From the IMG/VR virus record IMGVR_UViG_3300028654_000001, positions 310,001-374,000 of that record: DNA of 64,000 bases; one strand, given 5' to 3'. Below, in pieces: positions 58,841-64,000 of this stretch. Positions within the stretch are counted from its first letter, which is position 1. Each line of letters begins with the position of its first letter. A program made the translations under genes and the position numbers. The notes beneath the pieces were generated by a model. The model had not been told where the DNA came from and made no database searches. It saw only the letters and a list, made by a program, of their open reading frames with translations.

Positions 58841-58852
58841 CGTGGTCTCATT

Positions 58853-60019
58853 TCATGTAATTCGTTCATAGTTTGCATTTCTACCAACGATGATGGGTAC
58901 CGTTGAAAAGAAAAGATCAGTATCAGAAATAACCTTAATCCCAGAGGTCCCATCCGGTTGAGTTGCAGCCGAAGCCCCACTGATCGTGAAAGGTAGCGGA
59001 ATGTGAACTTCCCAGTCTGACTGGACCTGGATACTCATCGAGGCTGTATAGTAAAAGGTGTCGGACACCTCATCATAAGCCTCTTCGGCTTCACCACCGA
59101 TCGATATTTCAGTGATCTCCAACCCCTCAAAGGATAGGTTGGGTCTCTTCTCACTCCAAAGAGACATGTGAGCATAGTCGGCCATCTCTTCCATCTGCAT
59201 GGGGTCCTGAGCTATGATATCGATGTCAAACGATACCTCGAACTTCCCACCATAGGCTGTCGCGGTGTCTACACGGTCATCATAGACAACAACCGCAACT
59301 TTGTCCCCCTTCTTACCTCGTTTTCCAAAGGCTAGGATAACTCCTGGAAGAGTCCTCCAGTCCGCGGTGTTCCACTTCCACTCAATAGGCCCAATTGACT
59401 CCACTGGATAACGATAATCAGCGGTCAAGATCTGACCTGGCAACAAATCCGCCGTAATGGTTATCTCACCTGTTGAGTAATCTACCGTGTAGTCTTTACC
59501 CTCATAGAACGGCAACTTTCTATTGATCCAGATCCGAAGTGTACCTTGGATCGGAGGAGGCTGAATAAGAGCATGGCTTTCAACCCCGGACACAACCTGA
59601 AGCAACGGAAAATCAGTCACGGTCAAAAGGGGGTCTATTACGAAGTGCCCTATCTCATTTGGGTTGGTCGGAGCGTCCAGGCACTCTATATAATAGACCC
59701 CCGCTGGAATCGGCATCGAACCCCCGTTGGCCTTTACTGTATTCACATCCTCCTTTACCCACTCCAAGATATAGGAGGGGGTATCGAAGTAGGACAGCAT
59801 GACGTGACTCTCAACAGTCCCTAACAGGTTTTGAGCAGACAACTTCAGGTTGTTTGCAGAGGACCCCTTAACAACGATACCGAATGCTGGTCGTTCGTCG
59901 AATGCATACTTATTTTGTATAAATGGAACTACCTTCTCATATACTGGATGACGAGAAAAGCTATCCTGAAGCTCAAGAATGAGCCTCCTCTTCAACGATG
60001 ATAATAAGTAATAGTAAAT
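58853..60019 (-). CDS. Neck / tail-terminator-like virion protein
   Basis: Upstream of the sheath; FEVSFDIDIIAQDPMQMEEMADY...YYTASMSIQVQSDW. The ORF track starts at TTG 59995, but the frame extends to ATT 60019 (IYYYLLSSLKRRL). Confidence 0.65.
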   Translation of the reverse strand: MYYYLLSSLKRRLILELQDSFSRHPVYEKVVPFIQNKYAFDERPAFGIVVKGSSANNLKLSAQNLLGTVESHVMLSYFDTPSYILEWVKEDVNTVKANGGSMPIPAGVYYIECLDAPTNPNEIGHFVIDPLLTVTDFPLLQVVSGVESHALIQPPPIQGTLRIWINRKLPFYEGKDYTVDYSTGEITITADLLPGQILTADYRYPVESIGPIEWKWNTADWRTLPGVILAFGKRGKKGDKVAVVVYDDRVDTATAYGGKFEVSFDIDIIAQDPMQMEEMADYAHMSLWSEKRPNLSFEGLEITEISIGGEAEEAYDEVSDTFYYTASMSIQVQSDWEVHIPLPFTISGASAATQPDGTSGIKVISDTDLFFSTVPIIVGRNANYERIT

Positions 60020-60034
60020 TGGACCCTGGCCTCT

Positions 60035-60205
60035 CTAGTGTGCGCACCTATCAACCTTATTAGATTGATAGGTTTTTTGGTTGTGGGCCCTCTTACCCTC
60101 TTCACTTAGATTGTGGTAGCGTTTATTAGAACGACGCTTAGAGCACACCATACAGTGACCCCACTTATCGCGTTCAGGGCTACCACATTTACTACAAGGT
60201 TTCAT
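60035..60205 (-). pseudogene. 56-aa zinc-finger mini-ORF, probable N-terminal stub of an HNH/EndoVII homing endonuclease
   Basis: MKPCSKCGSPERDKWGHCMVCSKRRSNKRYHNLSEEGKRAHNQKTYQSNKVDRCAH*: Cys4 finger plus basic helix, no nuclease domain. Confidence 0.6.
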
Positions 60206-60211
60206 AGTACA

Positions 60212-61231
60212 TCAGTCGTACTCTTGATTCGCGAGAACCAAGAGACCTTGTGCAACTGCATTCATTTGGTCGTTTGCTAGCCTAACTTCAGAAATCTTGA
60301 GTGGAAAACCCTTAACCTTTTCCTTCTCGAACTCTTCATTGAAGACATCCAAGAAACCCTTAGCTAGGGTTGTCCCACCTGCTAGTACGATTGGGATCGG
60401 GTCATCCAGTTCTACCCCACTCTGATCTTTTCTAACCTTCTTTGCTATATCCACTAGGCAGTTGTGGATCAGAGTTCTCACATACAGAGCAATAGCCTCA
60501 GCATCTTGGTTATCCTTGGGTGGATCCGATAGATTAAACTCACCACGCTCCTTAATTGAGCACATACGGGAAGCCGTTGATCCAACCGCCTTAGCCGAAT
60601 GTTCATCAATCCAATCACCACCCCCACGGGAAATTGAGAAGCTAGTGCCCATCACAGCTCTAAACGCAAGAGCCACGTTACACAAGCCTGCACCAAAAGA
60701 GATCGCTAACCCGGAGTAATTAGAGTTAGAGCACTGAGAGTAGATGATCGCCATGGCCTCATTCGTCGGATGAGCCTTGTACCCACTGACCTCCAAGATA
60801 TTTTTGAATACTTCGGTGTGGTAGGCAACATCCTGGCCAGGAAGATCCATGGGCTCCGCTGGCACGCTGTAGTAGCAGTGCTCTCCTGTAACTGAAGGCT
60901 CTTTGAGAATTGAGAAAATCAACTTGTTAAGGACCACATGAAGTTTGAGCTCACCGGGGGAAATCAACCCTTTAGAGAGAGGCCTGCGTACCTCCCTCTT
61001 GAATAGATTTGCCATCTGAAGAGCTGGTTCACCCAATACGATCAATTGATCTGGGAGCTCTATATGACTAACCCCACTCATCTTCAGGGTCTTCTTGGAA
61101 TCGAGATCCAAATCGATGAAGGCATCCCTCATCACCTGAATGTCAATTCCACCACTTGCAGTATTTCTGGCACAAATGAAGTTCATTGTGCCGACATCTA
61201 ACCCTACTCCGTACTTTGATCCATTTGACAT
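60212..61231 (-). CDS. Actin-like ATPase (MreB/MamK/ParM superfamily)
   Basis: Phosphate-1 VGLDVGT, connect-1 NEAMA, phosphate-2 ISFGAGLCNV, RGGGDWID, adenosine IVLAGGTT and connect-2 AVAQG. Confidence 0.9.
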   Translation of the reverse strand: MSNGSKYGVGLDVGTMNFICARNTASGGIDIQVMRDAFIDLDLDSKKTLKMSGVSHIELPDQLIVLGEPALQMANLFKREVRRPLSKGLISPGELKLHVVLNKLIFSILKEPSVTGEHCYYSVPAEPMDLPGQDVAYHTEVFKNILEVSGYKAHPTNEAMAIIYSQCSNSNYSGLAISFGAGLCNVALAFRAVMGTSFSISRGGGDWIDEHSAKAVGSTASRMCSIKERGEFNLSDPPKDNQDAEAIALYVRTLIHNCLVDIAKKVRKDQSGVELDDPIPIVLAGGTTLAKGFLDVFNEEFEKEKVKGFPLKISEVRLANDQMNAVAQGLLVLANQEYD

Positions 61232-61268
61232 AGGTCTACCTTTTCATCTGTTATCTGTCTGATTTAGC

Positions 61269-61964
61269 TCAGACCTTCCAAGGGTCTGAGATGAGTCTCT
61301 GCTTGAGAAGGTACACGTGTGACTCGTGCTTGTCCTCAACTCCTGCAAGAAGGTTGTCTGCCCCTCGAGTAAGCTCACCATGGTTCTTCATCTCGGCAGC
61401 GATAGCAGCCAAGCTTGAGATGAAGTGTTCCTCAGCCTTGAGGCTTGATTCCATGAAAACGTGTGGGTTAATCTCTTGTTGGGCAAGACCATCACCACAG
61501 AACATGTGCACGGTCTTGGCAATCAACGAAGCTTGAAGTCCCGGGTGCAGCTTGTCCTTAGGGCAACCCAATCCAACAGCCTTCTCGGCAATCTGATCTG
61601 CTTCCTCAGCAGTCTCGTTGTAGAGCCTTTCGAAGAGGAGGTGATCGGCGTAGTAAGTATCCCCATAAGTCAGCCAGTGGTGTCCTTGATGGATCTGAGC
61701 CAAAGCTCTCACGAACACGAGGGCTGTAGGCAACCCAAGACCTTCACCGTGGGCTAACTTGGAAGCAATGGTGTGTGCTGTCTTCATCGAGGCTGATTTG
61801 TCCATTCGAACTTTCATTCCGGGCAAGTAAGGTGGCCCATGAAAGAAGGGGTTGTATGACGATGGATCTTGCCAGATCACGAAAGTGGCATCATCCGGTG
61901 GGGTGTTGGTTGGACTAACACCTGGATGCTCTGGATTCGGACGAAAGAAGTCTGAATCAGTCAT
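61269..61964 (-). CDS. dps: Dps/ferritin-like protein with N-terminal extension
   Basis: HQGHHWLTYG..YYADHLLFERLY...EADQIAEK carries the Dps ferroxidase H, H, D, E pattern; C-terminal DNLLAGVEDKHESHVYLL. Confidence 0.85.
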   Translation of the reverse strand: MTDSDFFRPNPEHPGVSPTNTPPDDATFVIWQDPSSYNPFFHGPPYLPGMKVRMDKSASMKTAHTIASKLAHGEGLGLPTALVFVRALAQIHQGHHWLTYGDTYYADHLLFERLYNETAEEADQIAEKAVGLGCPKDKLHPGLQASLIAKTVHMFCGDGLAQQEINPHVFMESSLKAEEHFISSLAAIAAEMKNHGELTRGADNLLAGVEDKHESHVYLLKQRLISDPWKV

Positions 61965-63385
61965 GTCAGCCTATCTTCCAATTGCTTGGAGATGACAGCT
62001 GCAACAATGGCTAACCTCTTAACCTTTGGCTGTAGCCCAGCCAACAGGAGAGCCGGGTACTGAGTAGAACCCTCACCAGCCTCTTTGAGACTGAAAGCAC
62101 TCTTCTGAGCCTCACCTAGCGCAGCTAAAACCTCATTGAATGCGTTACCTATGGCCACGATAGCGGGGTGTTCATCACCAGCAGTGATGAAGTCCTCTGC
62201 AATGACTGAAGACTTTCTGAACCATAGGTGAGGGGCTAGGGTGTTGGCGGGAATTGACTTCTTCATATAACGAAGGATCTCTTCGTCATTCTTCACCTCA
62301 GGTCGACTATCATCGACCACGATCTTGTCCCCTTCCCACTTAGCGAAGTTCTTGCCTCCCAGTCCATTCTTTTCGAGTTCCTTGCCATCAGTGGTGAGCA
62401 TCCCACCATGAGCCGGTTTCCTCTCATAGAAGGCATCAACAACCTTCTTCTCGGCTGCAGTCAGGGCTGCGGTAACTTCTGTGGCGGCAAGTTTCACAAG
62501 AGCATGAGACCTCTCGAGACCATCGGGCTCCTTGAGTCTTTCAACCAACTCAAATGGCCCCACCCCCTCCGCTTGAAGAATGATAGCGTCCTTCGGGTCA
62601 TATCCCTTAGAGGCCAGCAAAGCTTGTAACTCTTGAAGCTCGGCCTCTCTGGGGTCATAAACTGGCTCTGTTGGCTCCCCAACCTCGCCCAACGCTAGCC
62701 TCTCGGGATCCGCAATGAACGACTTTCCGGTATAAGGAGACTTCATAGAACCCTTCCTACGAAGAGCCATGTAGAATTTCTGCCCATCCGAGTCCGTGTA
62801 CTGCCATATAACGTTGGTCTTGTTACCTTGAGCTCTAAGCTCTTTGGCAACCGCAGTGAGGTTAACTCGAACTGGATGGCCAGGGAAGGTACTCCCGCTA
62901 AAGGGATCTCGCATCATACCAGCCCTCTTCTCAGGAAGATAGAAAGTTACCCCATCGTCCCCCACATACTTCCACAAGACCGTGGAAGCTGCAGCTGTCT
63001 TCTCAGCTTTGTTGATCTCCCCAAAGTTCATCTTCTCACCCTTTGGGGTAAAGCTTCTTCCTGTGTAGGGAGACTTCAACGTTCCGGTGACCCGCTCCGG
63101 AAGGTAGAAGGTGGATCCGTCACCATCGGTATACTTCCAGAGAGCCCCCTTGACCTTGGCCTCATCCTCCTTGAGTTCCTTGCCAACATCCGAGAGGGAA
63201 GATCTTTCAGGATTAGCTGTAAAGGACTTACCAGTGTGCGGGGACTTTAACGTTCCAACTTTCTTCTCTGAGAGGTAGAAGTCCTTGCCCTCCTCGTCTG
63301 TGTACTTCCAGAGCACTGTAGCCGCGATCTTACTTTGAATGGAAGCCGCTCGTGCTAAAAGTGCCTGCTTGGGATCAGTCGTCAT
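61961..63385 (-). CDS. Modular probable internal head protein with four ~55-aa repeats
   Basis: 4x (V/A)LWKYTD.DG..FYL.....G.LKSP.TGKSF...PER followed by two or three unrelated short domains. Confidence 0.75.
   Translation of the reverse strand: MTTDPKQALLARAASIQSKIAATVLWKYTDEEGKDFYLSEKKVGTLKSPHTGKSFTANPERSSLSDVGKELKEDEAKVKGALWKYTDGDGSTFYLPERVTGTLKSPYTGRSFTPKGEKMNFGEINKAEKTAAASTVLWKYVGDDGVTFYLPEKRAGMMRDPFSGSTFPGHPVRVNLTAVAKELRAQGNKTNVIWQYTDSDGQKFYMALRRKGSMKSPYTGKSFIADPERLALGEVGEPTEPVYDPREAELQELQALLASKGYDPKDAIILQAEGVGPFELVERLKEPDGLERSHALVKLAATEVTAALTAAEKKVVDAFYERKPAHGGMLTTDGKELEKNGLGGKNFAKWEGDKIVVDDSRPEVKNDEEILRYMKKSIPANTLAPHLWFRKSSVIAEDFITAGDEHPAIVAIGNAFNEVLAALGEAQKSAFSLKEAGEGSTQYPALLLAGLQPKVKRLAIVAAVISKQLEDRLT
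62700..63320 (-). repeat. Four diverged coding domain repeats
   Basis: WKYTD/FYL/KSPYTGKSF units are visible in protein and DNA; boundaries approximate. Confidence 0.8.
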
Positions 63386-63426
63386 GGATATCTAGCCTCT
63401 CCGTAACTGGGAAGATTGAAAGAACT

Positions 63427-64000
63427 TTAACCACCCTGCTTCCGAAATTTCCTTAGGGCCTGACTAGCCTTCTCAACATCAACACCATCGGTATGTATGA
63501 CTTTAGGGGTGATACTACCTGGGATGCTCCGCGCATCTGGCAACGTAGGTATGTAGTAAGGGGTTTTCTCTTCAGTATTAGGCTCAGAATAACCACTTAG
63601 GTTTGGTTGAGCTTGAGAAACAATCTGAACCGTGGAAGAGGAAAGATTATCCAACTTTTCCAAAATGGTTTTCAACTTGTCGTCTTCAGTAGACTTTCTA
63701 TCACCCTCAGCTCTCAATCTAGCATTTTCAGCCTCCAACCTTCCAACCCTCTCCAAGAGTTCCAGCTGAGCTCTCTCTGATTCTTCCTGTACTTTTGAGA
63801 GTTCTGATTGTAGGTTGGTATTAGAGATAGGGGGCGCCACCAGTGGCTGGGGCTCAATGACAGAAGGCTGAGTTGACTTAGGTGCTACCTGTTGTTGAGG
63901 AGTACTTGGTCTATTATGCCAGAAGATCTTGCCACAACTTATGTGATCCCATAGCTCTCTAGACTTTAGAGCTAGTTCACCAGGTATCGACGTAACTTTA
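63427..64000 (-). CDS. Coiled-coil protein, 5' end beyond window edge
   Basis: The frame of ORF 63427..63840 stays open to the window end (KVTSIPGELALKSRELWDHISCGKIFW...); central coiled coil ELSKVQEESERAQLELLERVGRLEAENARLRAE. Confidence 0.75.
   Translation of the reverse strand, partial: KVTSIPGELALKSRELWDHISCGKIFWHNRPSTPQQQVAPKSTQPSVIEPQPLVAPPISNTNLQSELSKVQEESERAQLELLERVGRLEAENARLRAEGDRKSTEDDKLKTILEKLDNLSSSTVQIVSQAQPNLSGYSEPNTEEKTPYYIPTLPDARSIPGSITPKVIHTDGVDVEKASQALRKFRKQGG

Noticed and set aside
9000-63300. The many 60-180 aa ORFs nested in or antisense to long minus-strand genes
   Set aside because: They fully overlap well-supported genes, carry no recognisable motifs and have compositions typical of shadow frames.
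1-64000. Stop-codon reassignment
   Set aside because: Long genes are intact in code 11, and TAG, TGA and TAA all end genes at sensible positions (sheath and spike end in TAG).

Overview
This 64 kb window is the virion-morphogenesis region of a large (jumbo-type) contractile-tailed dsDNA phage, read in the standard genetic code, with almost all genes on the minus strand. In transcription order (right to left) it encodes: a coiled-coil protein cut by the right edge; a repeat-built probable head protein; a Dps/ferritin-like protein; an actin-like ATPase; a neck/tail-terminator-like protein; an FmdB zinc ribbon; a GIY-YIG homing endonuclease; a 1505-aa tail sheath; a multi-zinc-finger PD-(D/E)XK homing endonuclease; an intein-containing UvrD/PcrA helicase; two hypotheticals; a low-complexity repeat protein; the tail tube; two tail chaperones; the tape measure; two tube-initiator-like proteins (one fused to an M23 peptidase); hub, spike and several baseplate wedge proteins (gp25-like, baseplate J, gpI-like); and a >1640-aa tail-fibre-like ORF that runs off the left edge and is missing from the ORF track. 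A plus-strand island (5.1-8.8 kb) carries a myxobacterial-style RCC1-repeat lipoprotein, a ribbon-helix-helix protein coupled to a chimeric half-LAGLIDADG nuclease, and a small acidic protein. The lipoprotein hints at a Myxococcota (Polyangiales-like) host. The most interesting signals are: (i) probable capsid-cargo proteins (Dps, two modular polyproteins, possibly UvrD) whose domain borders share a K/R-x-A-[A/G/S] motif suggestive of protease processing; (ii) three unannotated mini-ORFs that look like internally deleted homing endonucleases, two of them still bridging flanking genes; (iii) a homing endonuclease with an RBS-sequestering hairpin, its own promoter and an AT-rich, apparently replaced 3' end of the neighbouring sheath gene. 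All functional calls come from motifs read by eye and from gene order; no database searches were run.
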